DNA of 63,970 nucleotides, counting the filler, from Craspedostauros australis (taxonomy: Eukaryota), in NCBI GenBank assembly GCA_030167865.1. It is 4 parts of 4 records of this genome, joined end to end, with 100 filler letters (N's around TTAATTAATTAA, not from the genome) between each part and the next. Parts side by side here need not be neighbours in the genome. Positions count along the whole stretch, not along the records: positions 1 to 28,813 come from JALAGF010003878.1; 3 more parts are not named here. The stretch is one strand, 5' to 3'. Below, in pieces: positions 10,335 through 23,112 of this stretch. Position 1 is the stretch's first letter. Each line of letters starts with the position of its first letter. A model generated the notes under the pieces. It did not search any database. It was not told the DNA's origin and worked only from the letters and a program-made list of their open reading frames with translations. A program made the translations under genes and the position numbers.

Positions 10335-13300
10335 CTTGCTTTTCTTGCCGTCATATTTGCTTTTAGGCTTGCTCTTTGCTCTGCTCTTGCTGCTTTTGCT
10401 GGAACTGGGACTCATTCCCATCATCTCTACCGGAGGCGGTGTGGCGTTGGGTGCCAAGGTCGAGAATTCTGGGAACAGAAACGACGGAAATATTGGTCCC
10501 TTCATGGCCTCTGTCGTTGGCGCCGTCGATGGTGCCGTACTCGGGACATCCGAGGGACGCATGGACGGAGCAATGCTGGGGACTTGCGATGGTCGGTCAG
10601 ATGGTTGATCGGTTGGCGATTGCGTTGGCTGGTGGGAAGGCATGGCACTGGGCTGCGTGCTTGGTGACTCCGAAGGTTGGTTGGTGGGTCCCGAGGTGGG
10701 CGAAATGGTGGGCGAGGCGCTGGGAACCACGGATGGTGGATCACTGGGAGACGTACTCGGCTGGTCCGATGGACGATGGGATGGTTGGTTTGTTGGGAAT
10801 GCGGACGGGGATGCCGATGGCAGGTCTGTTGGTGCCACCGACGGAACATGGCTTGGTTGATTAGTCGGTGTGCTCGATGGTTCTGCCGATGGTTGTTGCG
10901 AGGGCACGATCGATGGAACTCCAGATGGATTCTCGGATAAAGGCGCAGTCGGAACGACAGAAGGCGATACGCTTGGCATCACCGATGGCTGATCGCTTGG
11001 TGTTGTGCTCGGTGCTGGCGAGCCAAGGCCCTGCACATCAAAGCACATCACCGAATTCTCAACTTCCACGAAGTTGTTTATTACGATGTTCGTCACCGTG
11101 ATCAATCCAAGGGCATATCCATCTGTGTTGGGGTAGGTCGCAGTATTCGCAACAGTTTCGCCGTTACCCGGTCCGATCTCATGCTCTGGTAGATAGTAGA
11201 AATCGTTGTTGTGCCCACCATTCAATGCTTGTTCCAATTCATACAATCCGTCGCGTTGCATTAACGCGACAGGGTAATGCCTTCCATTCCCAGGCCAGTC
11301 TATTCGATGGATGTGCGAGACATACCATGGTGCCATCGTACAATGTTATTGTTGAGCATTGCGCGGTGGGCAGTTGAACCCGAATCGACCAGGTCGGTGC
11401 ATCAAGACGGTGGATTCAAGATTAATGCAGCAGCGCGGGTCGGTGAGCATTGATGTGTCTTTGGCTGATGCCATCAGCGGTTTTGCTGCATATTGGTACG
11501 GCCGCTCATGAGCAACAGCAAGGTTCTGATCGCAGGAGTACATCACATCCACACGTACCTGTCTGGAACGGTCCACCGCGAGGGCTGTTTCCATCGCCCG
11601 CAAAGTTGAAATTGTTCTCATCGATGTGATAGATCAGCATGCCACCTGGGTTTGGGGGAAGTTGTGCGTTGCGGTTACAAGAGGAGCAGCAGTAGCAGTT
11701 GCAGTTGCGGTCGAAGGTGGTGCGATGTGAGTTTTAATGCCGTGGACGGCAGGCAAAATGAGTACCAAGTGATAGTTTGTGAGCGAAGAAGACCAACTGG
11801 TCGATGGGTAACGGAACCTGGGGAAGCCACAGCTTGCACAACTGTGAAGTACTTGTCGCTGGATTACACCCACGTTGCCATTGGACGGTATGGCAAAATG
11901 CGCCGGTCTTCATCGGCGATGTACATTTGAGCACGATTGATTCCATCAACAATGTTTGGCATTGTGCGTACCTGGCTCAAAGAAGAATTCGTCAAAGTCT
12001 CCAGGAATCGGCTGCCGATTCTCCAGCAAGAAATACTCGAAGTCGAACAAATCGGGGTGGTCGATGCGGTAGATCACATCTTCCAATTCAACAGGAGGGG
12101 CTTTGTACGTGCCATCCTCCGTGATTCGGATAGGATCTACCCAGCCAAGCTCAACTTTTGACCATGCGGAGAGGTGGCCTGGTCTGGATTTACGATCGCC
12201 TGGTCCGGCCGGGTTGGCCTGTTGGGATGGTGACGAACGAATTACAGGGGCAAGACGCAAAGGCGAAAGGCCGAAACAAGTTAGAGAAGGAGTGGAAGCG
12301 AAATGAAATTGTGAGCCGATGCGGTGTTTGCGTACAGAATTGCTGTTGGCGCTCATGATGGATCATTTGCTGTCACAAGAGACTACCTGCCACAACATGC
12401 ATGCTGCACACAGCACACTGCATACGGATGTTGCCGCATGTGTTGGTTGCAAGACATCACTGGTTCTCACGAGCTTACCATTAAGCCGTATCTATCAATG
12501 CCGCCAATGTTTCCAAACAGGTTGAGCGGACCTTCTATGTCGTACAAATCTGGCAATCCAAAGGAATGGAAGATTTCGTGTGTGATGGTGCCCAAGCGAG
12601 CGATGTTGGACTCGCAGGTTTGCCGAAAGGCTGAGCCGACCGCAATACTGCCGATTTGGTACCCTTCGCTAGATCTCCAAGGCAAACTGTTTTGTGCGAA
12701 TGTCTGGAATGAGCTGATTCTGCGGTTGGGCAAGGCGCCGCTGTAGCAGTCGAACCCCCCTTCTTCGGCAGCATATCCAGAGTGAAGGACAACGATCGCG
12801 TCGATAACAAGGTCGCCGTTCTGATCGTAGGCTCCAAAGTCGATCCCGTCACCGTCCAGGCGGTCCAGGATGGGAATGAACGAATTTGCGAACTGCGTAC
12901 TGGCGCCGATCGTGGCATATACATCTTCATCGTCTTCCGCCACCTGCCATGGAACAATGTCAGCCTCAAATTGCGTCTTCCCGTACGAGTTGACATCGAA
13001 AAATCGGCTGATGGAGCCCGTCGGGTAAAGATCCGAGTCAACATCTTCCGCATTGAAGATTTTGTCGTAGTCACCTGGCGGCTGCAAAACTCTGGCATCG
13101 CCGACGTGGTTTGGCCATTGCATCAACAGCACGAGGACACGCAATCGCCCCATCGCGGTCAGCTGCATTCGTCGATGCCCTTGTCTTTCGCCTTTTCCAT
13201 CTGCCGTTTCCAACTTTCTGCGCTCTTCACTTTCCGCAACTACCTTGGATCCATACATTCGTTCCGATGCAGGGACGTCCCAGCCTTGCTTTCTGTTGTT

Positions 13301-13933
13301 GTTACTACGGGGATGATCTGACTGAAGCTCGCGTTCTGTAGTTGATGGCTCAAGCTTGTGCGGCGATATCATTTGACGGAGATCCATTGCGTGCTTCTTG
13401 GCATTTTCTTCGAGATCCACACAGTCCTCAAGTGAGATATACCAGCACAGCTTCGATGACATCCATCGCGGGTGATACGTATACTCCTGTCCAAACCTCA
13501 GTCTCCTCGAGGAATGCCGATCTATTCTTCCGTTGACATCGGTGGTGTTATGTGCGAAGGTCTGGAGCAACGGGTTGTTGCGGGGCGTGATTGGTGCGGT
13601 GATTCCATCGAGCATGTGACGCTCAAAGGAGGCATTGATGGTTGGCGTATTCATTGATGCTTGTTTGTTATGTTGCTTGCTGTGTTCATGAGATGCACTT
13701 GTCTCAGCTTCATGACTCCCTGAGCTACTTGTATCCACCTCGCCACCCATTGCCAGTCTGTCATCGTGGTGGCCGACAAAGCCCTGGAGAGGGGTGTGTT
13801 GGTCATGGTTGGTCGATCCGTCCGTCCCAATACTAGAACTCCCAGCAGGCGTTTCTTGCGCGTTGCATGGACAACATGACACCGCGCTCGCAATGAGCAG
13901 TATCAACACCATGCAGCCTGCACTGCACCGCAT
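9768..13933 (-). CDS. Secreted M6 (immune inhibitor A-like) zinc metalloprotease with P/S/T-rich repeats and Lys-rich tail; exons 13933-12479, 12218-11972, 11645-11559, 11299-9768
   Basis: Signal peptide MRCSAGCMVLILLIASAVSCC. Motifs DQNGDLVIDAIVVLHSGYAAEEGG, HEIFHSFGLPDLYD (HExxH), LSAWSKVELGW, EYFLLENRQ, GMLIYHIDE, HYPVALMQRDG. Three GT-AG introns join these segments in frame (GLM|ANP, EPG|GML, QTD|WPG). Confidence 0.85.
10500..11030 (-). repeat. Coding low-complexity PSxxPS/PTxQPS repeats (mucin-like)
   Basis: Translation PSDQPSVMPSVSPS...PTNQPSHVPS...PSTAPT in the last exon of the M6 gene. Confidence 0.85.
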
Positions 13934-15481
13934 TCGCTGTCGTCTGTTCGTAGAGTGAGATACCGCTTGACGACCATCCCGCTCGTTTGCCCCTTGGTGG
14001 CCTCGCAGCCTGCCGTCAGATCCCATCTGCCAGTGCTGCTCGTGATGTTCATGACGATGGTGCCCGATATCAAATTCGAGAGGATTGTCCATCGTTCTTT
14101 GTTGCTTGGTTGCTACCATTGACAACGGTGCATTGCAGGTCGTCCTGCTTGTCCTGCTCATTTGGCTCTGCCTCCCCAGTAGTTTCAATGCCTTCTTTCC
14201 ACGCTGTGAAGCCTTCACCGTCGCCACCGGAGTCATCGTCGCCGTTGCTTCCTCGGCTGCTTGCGGTGTCAACGTTGTCGTCTTTATCGTTGTGGTCCTC
14301 ATCGTTGCAATCAACCACGCAACCAGTGTCAATCTCCACTCAGCTCAGCAGTCCAACAGTAGTACATGCGGAGAAGGAGGCAAAGTAGGATCAATGGATT
14401 TGCTCTGCTCTGCAGTGCAGTGCATGTGCCTGGATCGATGACACCTGCATGCACGCTGAAAATCAATGTCAGGATCGCCATGAATGAACGCGCACACCTC
14501 TGCCTCCGAAACGCTCGTGCTCACGCCCAAACAACCATCAGGGAGCACCAACCAGCGAAACAAATTCCCATTTGAAGCGTTGTAGATGCTCACACTCCTT
14601 TGTTGACACCGCTGCCGTCGGTTGATGATCACAAAACCCTCTCGACGGTGCCGCTCGCCGACGAAATTTTCGTTTTTGAGGTTGCTTCGCGCACCGTGTT
14701 TCTGTTCGCTCCGCGGTGATCATGACGAATTTGTGAGTTGCATTTTGACACAAACAGCGGATTGATCTATTCGACTGGTCGTATCCAATCGCGGACATGT
14801 TGATCGCGAACGCATGGTGATGTCAGAACCTGTCCAACATGTTCGGTCATGTTCGATTGTGTTCTTTTCATTGCTTCTGGTCACTCCTTGTCTCAGTCGT
14901 GTCCGAGGTGCTCACTATTTCAAACGTGCACAGCTCCCTCAGCGAACACGTTCGAGCACATCCACAAAACGATGCCGAACAAGGCACAGCAGAAGGGAAC
15001 AACGTGACTTTCTGCCTCTCTTGGTCGCCCCTTGTCTTTCATTCGACGCATGTCTCGATGCAGCCCGCTGGAACTGGGGGATGTCTTGCACTGGTGTACG
15101 AGTATTATGAGCATCATCATTTCTCTTCATGGCAACAGAAGCATGTCTGTCAGAGCGGCGCGGCCTTCAAGTCCCCGTCGGCCTGGCAGGACTGCACACT
15201 CTGCCTCGATGAGCCACGACTGTGAGCAAACCCCCTAGCCCGTAGGTTGTCCCCCCGGCGCCGCGGTCCACATGGATACTGTCCTTCTCGACAAGACTGA
15301 ACGATACATCGCCCTCTGTCACCCTCCGACACTCATCTTTTTGCTGTTCCTGTTCTATTTTCTTTTTGCGCCTGTACCTGCATCTGTACCTGCAGCGCCT
15401 GCGTCATGCCGTTCATTGGATACAAGTTGACTACGGGCGCAAGTTGGGTAGAGTAGAGTGGAGCGGAGCAGAGTACTTGTG

Positions 15482-15503
15482 GAGAGAGAGAGAGAGAGAG
15501 AGA
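15482..15503 (+). repeat. (GA)n microsatellite
   Basis: gagagagagagagagagagaga read directly. Confidence 0.9.
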
Positions 15504-15805
15504 GTACTCACATGGTGGCGTCGTCCCGCTGCGCCGCGCTGTTCTCCGCAGGATCACATTGCATTGCATCGAGCAGAATCATGAACGTTCATGTGGAATT
15601 TGCACTGATTACATTGTGTTGTAGTGTTGTAAATACTCGATTCGTATTCATGTCGCTATGAGTATGAATACATCTCTTTGCCCATGCCAATTTAATTGTT
15701 CTGCCAACCTAAGCCAAGTGGGAACTGTGGCGCAAGCATGCACACAGCCCGAGGAGAACTCGCAAGTTTGCGTCAGAGTACTCGTGCTCGTACTCACACA
15801 GTACA

Positions 15806-17503
15806 TCATTTCCTCAACATATTCCGCAAGCACATCGCAGCACGTTGCCTCGCCACGCTGTCGGAGACTTCTTCCCACCAATCTCCCGAGCCATCATGCT
15901 TCAGAAAGCGCACGCCGGACTCGCGCAGTTGCTCCACCAGATCCCTTGTCATCCTCGTCTTTTCCACTTTGGTGGTGGAGGGGTGGTTGTACGATTCTTT
16001 TGACTTTTCCAAAATCGCGGAGAAGTCCAGGTTGCCAGGGAACTTCTGGTAAGGACGGCCGCGGCCGAGCAGGACATCCGTGGATCGCGGCGGTGTATCG
16101 ATGCAGTGCTCCGGCTTGCCTTCGTAGAACTTGTCCAAGGCGTCTTGATCACGCTGAAAGCACTTTTGGAGGGTGTCATGGGCAATGTCCGGGTCGTAGG
16201 CGGTCACTTCTCCAGCCGGCAACAGGCTGGCAGGTATGCCGTAAGTCATGAGCTCGGTGTTGCATTCCTGCGGCGGTCCACAGTGCAGCTTGCATCGGAG
16301 CCGGAAGTCCTTTGGCATGAGCTGGAACAAGGCTGAGAGGAGCGGCTTGAGGAGGGGATTGGAAAAGCAGATGTGCAACGCACCCGCACGCATCGGCATC
16401 GCGTCGAGAGTGTTGAACTTGCTGAACGCCAGGGCTCTCTGAAAGTGGGACATGCTTGCGCCGTTCGTGTAGATGACAGCCACCATGCCATACTGCTGGA
16501 CCCGCACGGACCGGCTGAAGATATGCGACGTGTAAAAGCTGGACTGTCCCTGAGACAGGACGTACTGCGTCTTCCACCGGGCCGAGTACTGCACTACGGT
16601 CGGGCGTATTGTGAGGCCATCGCGATCGTCATGGAATGCAATGGATCCGGATTTGATGGATTCCTGCGCGTCCGGTTCCAGATCGGAGAAGACGATCGGA
16701 CGCAGGCACCTTTCCTTCCCGAACAGCTTCTGCTTCATGAGGATGTACTTCATCATCTTGATCGCGGCCTCCTGGGCATCCCACCGCGTCGCTCTGAGCA
16801 TCGCAAGACGCAGATCGACGTCGGACGTGATGCGCGGTGCCAGAAATGATGTCATGGTGTACGCCTCCTTCATCGCCCTGTCGTCAATCGAAAATTGGTG
16901 CTTGCGTTTGCTGTCGTACAGACCAACCGTCAATTCATGGTCCAACCGTTGCAGATGCCGCTGTCGGAATGCGTCCGTCTCCTCCACCGGACGCCGGACT
17001 CCGTGTATGTCTTCGTACACATCCGATCTTTCCTCCAGAGACAGTTCCGTGATCTCCCGCGCTTGCAGCCTCTCGGCTTCTTCCATACCTTTGTCCAGCT
17101 GTCGGGTTGCCGCTGTCTCCACTGAATGCATGCCGTTATCGTGACCATCACACGTTGTCATATCGTCCTTTTCATTTCCATCCAACGACCGTTTGTTGTT
17201 GCGTTGCTCCTCGGGGGCTTGCGCATTCGCATACGCCTGCGAGAGCTCAGCTACTGGTTGTGGCAGAGCCGCATCGTGTTGCTGCCGCAGAGCGTCATCG
17301 ATCCCATACTGGCTGTTGGTGTCCAGCAGCTTGTCAGCTTCTTCCGCCTGGAGCTGGGACCAGTGGCCATCACGACCAGCAAAGCCACCAGCATCAGCCT
17401 CATCCAAGTCAAACGTAACCTCCTCCGGAGACATCAGGCTGGATAGTTTCGTTTCCGTTCGCTGAGCGTTTCCCGTTGCTGGAATGTAGTGAAGGCCATA
17501 CAT
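15806..17503 (-). CDS. CRAL-TRIO/Sec14-like plus DUF6824 domain protein, copy 1
   Basis: ERSDVYEDIHG, LRLAMLRATRWD...K-LFG and PMRAGALHIC...LMTYGIP. C-terminal DVLLGRG...PGN...RFLK...WEEVSD..AR...LRN matches DUF6824. Confidence 0.85.
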   Translation of the reverse strand: MYGLHYIPATGNAQRTETKLSSLMSPEEVTFDLDEADAGGFAGRDGHWSQLQAEEADKLLDTNSQYGIDDALRQQHDAALPQPVAELSQAYANAQAPEEQRNNKRSLDGNEKDDMTTCDGHDNGMHSVETAATRQLDKGMEEAERLQAREITELSLEERSDVYEDIHGVRRPVEETDAFRQRHLQRLDHELTVGLYDSKRKHQFSIDDRAMKEAYTMTSFLAPRITSDVDLRLAMLRATRWDAQEAAIKMMKYILMKQKLFGKERCLRPIVFSDLEPDAQESIKSGSIAFHDDRDGLTIRPTVVQYSARWKTQYVLSQGQSSFYTSHIFSRSVRVQQYGMVAVIYTNGASMSHFQRALAFSKFNTLDAMPMRAGALHICFSNPLLKPLLSALFQLMPKDFRLRCKLHCGPPQECNTELMTYGIPASLLPAGEVTAYDPDIAHDTLQKCFQRDQDALDKFYEGKPEHCIDTPPRSTDVLLGRGRPYQKFPGNLDFSAILEKSKESYNHPSTTKVEKTRMTRDLVEQLRESGVRFLKHDGSGDWWEEVSDSVARQRAAMCLRNMLRK

Positions 17504-19234
17504 GTAGTACAGGAACCGTGTACAAGTGCGAGTCTTGTACTAGTATTTGTGAACGAAGAGAAAGAGGATGAACGCGGAGATCGATTGCGTTTGTGAGCGC
17601 TGACCATTCGAGTCGAGTGGAGTTGGGTCGAGCCGAGGACGGGAATGGAGTAATCGAGTGATGGTAGAGTTCGAGCATGGCATTGATACCAGACCATCGA
17701 GACCACCATTGCAATTGCATTATGATACATTTGCAATTGCAATTGCAATTGCATGTACAATTCACAGTATTGTGACCGTGCGACCCGGCACCCGCCATCG
17801 CATCGTCGCACACCATGGCGAACACATCAAGCAAAGGGCGAAAGAGACAGAGGAAGCAAAGGTCAGTGGATTCATCGATCTGCAAGGGTGACGAGCGGAG
17901 GAAGAAAGGTTGCGACCCAGCAACTCCTCGGCCGAAACCGGCGTTCTCGATGCCTTCATTGTGAAGCGTGTTCCAACATGTTTGTCCACCCACAACGCAG
18001 TTGCCCATCTTTCGCGCCACGATACAGTCCTCTCCAAGGTGGCATCATCGCACATACAGCATTATGTAAAATAATATTGTATCGTACTATTACAACAGAA
18101 TAGATCGTACTCCAGCGACCACTCCAATCGGAACACCACGGAAGAATGCAGGATCTTCATAGTGGCAGATTCTGACAGAGCCCTTTCGAGCCGTGCGTCA
18201 TGGAGCAGAGCAAGACAGAGCCGAGGACTCTGCTCGTGCTGTCGCTGTCGCTATTGCATTAGCTCGTGCTCTACTCTGCCACTCGCTCACGCGCGGCCAG
18301 AGGCATGTGGCGATGACTGATACAGCTGCGGACCAACATTGTGTAGAGGCGCGCTGTTTCCGTGCCGACTTACCCTGATTGTGGGATGTGGAAGATACCG
18401 TGTATTCCTTTGCCGATGGATGTTGCATGTGTGCGGGAGATGATGCCGAGCGTTCTTTGCACATCCTCTTTTTGGTGCTGTTGCCGCTTTGCCTCTGCCA
18501 TGTCGCTGTCGCAACCATGAACCCGAACAAGGGCGCGATCGGCGACTTCGATCGACGACCACGATCGATGACCACGATCTGTCAGTATCAATGGCAGAGT
18601 GAAGGCGAGCGCCACGCGCCGGAACACTCACGACTTTGTTCTTCCAAGTATCAAACTTCGACCGGAGCAAATCCGTGGTGGCGCGGAACAGACGGCAATG
18701 ACATGAGGCTCATGGTGTGGTAATGTTTGTACTCGCCGCGTAGAGGACGAGCTATGACTCCCAACCCAGTCGGGAAAGGAACAAGGAGCCTTTTACGTCT
18801 CTTCCTTCGCAAGAGACAACCTCAGCAAAGCCGTTGGACATGTTCGAATTAACTTCATTGTGGCGACCGCGACATGTGGAGAGCAAAGTCGAGTGCGTCG
18901 TGTACAACCTCGTCGTACGCATACAGAGCCTCTGTGTCCCCATGGGTCTATCAAATACGATAGCGCATTATTATATATTAATATTCTATAATATAAAATT
19001 GCTTAGAGAAGGCGCTGGCGACTATACCTTGTCTGCTCTACGACTACTAGTATTGTGACGGAAGGCCGCCTTCTTCCAAACACAATGTTTCCTCGGGCGT
19101 GTATACCATCTGATAAGGTTGTTGCTGGTCCATGCCGTGGTGCATCCTCTTCTTTCGTCGTTCACCATACTTCGCCGACAATCATCGACCCATCTACTCG
19201 TACGGCACGTGCGAACACGGACGCACAACTCTCC

Positions 19235-20938
19235 TCACTTCCTCGACATGTTCCGCAAACTCATCGAAACACGCTCCCTGGCCGCAGCGTCCGACACTTC
19301 CTCCCACCAATCTCCGGAATCGTCGCGCTTCAGAAACCGGACGCCCGAATCGCGCAGATCCTGCACCAACTGCTTCCTGAGCTGCGTCCTCTCCGTCCGG
19401 GTGTTCGACGGGTCGTTGTATGCTGGTTTGCACTCCTGCAGCAGGCGAGCGAACTCCACGTTCCCTGGATACTTCTGATACGGACGACCGCGTCCCAGCA
19501 AGATGTCCTTCGGTTGCGGCGGTACCTCGACGCATTCTTTTGGCTTGCCCTGGTAGAACTTGTTCAGCACGTTGTGATCGCGCTGCAAACACTTTGCCAT
19601 CGTTTCTTGTGCGACGGATCTGTCGCACGCAATGATATCTTCGCCGGGCAGCATCCTTGAAGGAATCCCATACGTCATCAATTCATCGTTGCATTCCTGC
19701 GCGGAGCCAAAGTGCAGCTTCCACTGCAGCAGGAATGTCTTGGGCATCGCTTGCGCAATGGCCGACAAGATCGGCTTGAAACGAGAATGAGAAACGCATA
19801 TGTGCACCCCGGCCGGGCGTATCGGCATCGCATCAAGCGCATTGAACCTTATCATCGCTAACGCTTTTCTGAAGTGGGCCATTTCGGTACCGAGCGTGTA
19901 GATGACGCAGACCACGCCGTTCTGCTGGGCACGGATCGTGCGGGAGAAGATGTGCGTCATGTAAAACATCGCCTGCGCCAGAGATTGGGACGTGCGGAGC
20001 CTCCAGCGTGCTGTAACGTCGGTGAACATGGGTCTCGCGCTGAAGCCTTCTTCATCGTGAGTACACAGCGACCCATTGTTGATCGATTCTTGCGCATCCT
20101 CCTGCAGATCGGAAAAGACGATCGGCCGCAGGCAGACCTCCCTCCCAAACAGCCGCTCCTTCATGTGAAAGTACTTCATGATCTTGATGGCCGCATCCTG
20201 CACATCCCACTGCGACACTCTCAGCATCGCCAGTCGCAGGTCCACGTCCGAGGTGATACGCGGCGCCAAGAACGACGTCATGACGTAGGTTGCCTTGATG
20301 GCCCTGTTCTTCGCGGAGAGCTCGTACTTGCACTTGCTGTCGTACAGACCCACCGTCAGCTCCATCTCCAGCCGCTGCAAGTGCTCCTGTCGAAAGTCTT
20401 CCGTCTCCTGGACCGGGCGTCGTACTCCGTGAATGTCTTCGTACAAATCCTCTCTCTCCCGCAGCGACAAGGCGGAAATCTCGCGCGCCTGTTGCCGTTC
20501 CGCGTCCAGCAATTCTGTGTCAGGTTGGCCGGACGATGATGGCTTCGAATCATCATCTATGCTCGTATCATCAAGGCGCGATGACGATGCGCTGCTTCCA
20601 TCCAGGGTGCGCTTCTTGTTGTTCTGTCTTTGTGATGGTTTTGACGAGTTGTCTGTCGCGACGCTTGCGGATGACTGCTGCTGCTCTTGATACTGCTCTT
20701 GATGCTGCTCTTGGTGCTCCTGTTGATGCACGTGCTGATGTTCGCCTGTATGTTCTGTGTCGAGCTTCTCATTGAGGAAGTCGAGATCATCGATCGCGCA
20801 TGCTTGATCGACGTCGCCATCATCCTGAAGGGATTGGGAACGGCCATCTTTGCGATGACCGACACTGTCATCGAGTGAAGTTGCTTGTGGGTTATGTTCG
20901 AGGCTCCGGAGGTCCGGAGGCTTCGTATCAATAGTCAT
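19235..20938 (-). CDS. CRAL-TRIO/Sec14-like plus DUF6824 domain protein, copy 2
   Basis: Colinear paralog of 15806-17503: EDIHGVRRPV, LRLAMLR, DILLGRGRPYQKYPGN, RFLKRDDSGDWWEEVSD. Confidence 0.85.
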   Translation of the reverse strand: MTIDTKPPDLRSLEHNPQATSLDDSVGHRKDGRSQSLQDDGDVDQACAIDDLDFLNEKLDTEHTGEHQHVHQQEHQEQHQEQYQEQQQSSASVATDNSSKPSQRQNNKKRTLDGSSASSSRLDDTSIDDDSKPSSSGQPDTELLDAERQQAREISALSLREREDLYEDIHGVRRPVQETEDFRQEHLQRLEMELTVGLYDSKCKYELSAKNRAIKATYVMTSFLAPRITSDVDLRLAMLRVSQWDVQDAAIKIMKYFHMKERLFGREVCLRPIVFSDLQEDAQESINNGSLCTHDEEGFSARPMFTDVTARWRLRTSQSLAQAMFYMTHIFSRTIRAQQNGVVCVIYTLGTEMAHFRKALAMIRFNALDAMPIRPAGVHICVSHSRFKPILSAIAQAMPKTFLLQWKLHFGSAQECNDELMTYGIPSRMLPGEDIIACDRSVAQETMAKCLQRDHNVLNKFYQGKPKECVEVPPQPKDILLGRGRPYQKYPGNVEFARLLQECKPAYNDPSNTRTERTQLRKQLVQDLRDSGVRFLKRDDSGDWWEEVSDAAARERVSMSLRNMSRK

Positions 20939-22071
20939 GTGTGCGCTCTCACAATGCGCCTTGCCTCAGGGCAGCGTTCGTCGATTGCAAAGCGTATTAG
21001 TAGTCTATTCTTCTATCCGTACGTATCGTACTCCAATGGATCGTAACGTACGAGTACACGCGTTCAACTTCTCTACTATTCTCAGTGGCGCTGTGTCGCG
21101 TTTTTTGTGTTGTTTGCATTGTTTGCATTGTATTGTGCACATGTCGGGGCAATGGCAGTGTTGGCGAGCGAGTGTGGGGACATTGTACGATTGCAGCAAA
21201 GTAACCACGCAAAAAGAGCGAGATTAGCACCGGCACCAGCGAAACCAAGAAGCAAACAACCCTCCGCCGGCAATGGTGCCATCGCTTGTCCGCTGTTGTT
21301 TGCGCAGCTTGACGCAGATGTGCGTCCAATCACACCGACTTATTCCGTTCAACTTGCAGGCTTAATTGTCTTCTCATCGATCATAGATCACTGGTGCTTG
21401 TCATCGTGTTGTGAGTGGACTGGGAGTATCGTGTGCTCTCAGGTCCGCATGGGTGGATTAGAGCAGAGTAGAGAAGAGTCTCAATGTCCGTATTCTCGCA
21501 CCCGGCGGAACAGCCGAAGAGCAGGGGTACCTCTCTTGGTCCGCAAAGAGCAAACGGCCATGGTGGTGCGAGATCCGTGCTCTGTCCTATTCTGTCTTCT
21601 CCGACCTCAGTGATGTTGCCTTGAGGAAGTCACTCCCACATCGCCCACATTCTTCGTTGGAGGTGGCGTTTTGTGACTGTTTCTCCGATACCGTAACAGA
21701 ATTTGTGAAGGATTTTCAGACAAAACGCGAATCGAAAGTTGGACCGAAGTCGGTTTGGGTGGCGAGGCACCGGAACGGGAATGAGTGACCTCCAATCAGA
21801 AGCATCCTCCGCCCGTGAATCGCGAATAACCCCGTTCTACGTATCGGATCCAAACATCATCGCCCACCGAAAAACGACGAAAATGGAAACTTGGTTGCTG
21901 TCTGCGAACTGAGGAGTCGCAAGAACAGTAGTCATTCTCCTTGTAGCGGTGGCCAGTGCGAGCTGCGAGCTATTCGACACCAAGAAATACTCGCCGCTAA
22001 TCTGCCCCAAAGTGCTTAGACTCAATTGCAGGTGATGAGCAGCACCAATGCAAGCACGATGAGATCGCTGC

Positions 22072-23112
22072 TCACTTCCTCGACATGTTCCGCAGGCTCA
22101 TAGCCACGCGCCGCTTCGCCGTGTGATCCGATACTTCCTCCCACCAATCCCCAGAATCGTCGCGCTTCAAGAACCGCGTACCGGAAGCGCGTATCTGCTT
22201 CACCATCTCTTGGATCAGATCTGTCTTGTCCGCCCTCGTCTTGGTCGGGTCGTTGTAAGATGCCTTCCTACGTTGCAGCAATGCAGAAAATTGCATGTTG
22301 CCGCTGAATCTCTGGTACGGACGGCCACGACCAAACAGGACATCCTTCTCCCTTGGGCATGAACCGATGCAATGCTCAGGTTTGCCTTCATAGAAGGTAT
22401 TCTTGGCATCTCTATCGCGTTGCAGACACCTCTCCACCAGTTCATGACCGAGGGCAGCGCCGCAGTCGGCCATGTCCCCAACCGGCAAGATGCCCGCCGG
22501 AATCCCGTAAGTCACCAATTCATCGCGGCATTGCTGCGGCGACCCGCAATGCAGCTTGGATCGAAGCCGGCACTCTCTTGGCATGGCTTGGAAGATCGCT
22601 GCTACGATTGGCTTGAAGAGTGGGTTGGAAAAGCAGATGTGCAACCCAGCTGTGCGAACAGGCCTCGCATCCATCGCATCGTATTTCATCATTGCCAGCG
22701 CTCTCTGGAAATGGGATACGTTCGTGCCAATCGTGTAGACGACGGCAACCATTCCACGTTGTTGAACCTCTCTGGATCTGCTGAATATGTGCGACATGTA
22801 GAAACTCGCTTGCACCTGAGATAGGGCGCTCTGCGTCTTCCACCGAGCCACGGACAGGACCATCATCGGGCGCGCTGCGAAACCGTTGCAGTTGTCATGA
22901 AAGACGACTGCGCCAGATCTGATGGAGTCTTGCGCATCCTGCTGCAGATCGGAGAACAGGATCGGCCGCAGGCATCGTTCCTTCCCAAACAGCTTCTCTT
23001 TCATGCGAACGTACTTCAGCATTTTCATGGCGGCCTTTTGCGCATCCCAATGTGTCGATCTCAGCATCGCAAGGCGCAGATGAGTATCGGACGTAATGCG
23101 CGCCAACAAGAA
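22072..23112 (-). pseudogene. CRAL-TRIO-like/DUF6824 copy 3, 5' part missing at the retrotransposon junction
   Basis: Similarity to copies 1 and 2 begins at FLLARITSDTHLRLAMLR (equivalent to FLAPRITSDVDLRLAMLR). Upstream of about 23113 the sequence is LINE ORF1 antisense. Confidence 0.8.

Noticed and set aside
13934..14332. N-terminal extension of the M6 ORF
   Set aside because: Non-ATG start, low complexity, and lies upstream of a clear signal peptide.
17705..17756. (TTGCAA)n self-complementary run
   Set aside because: Short simple repeat with no evidence of function.
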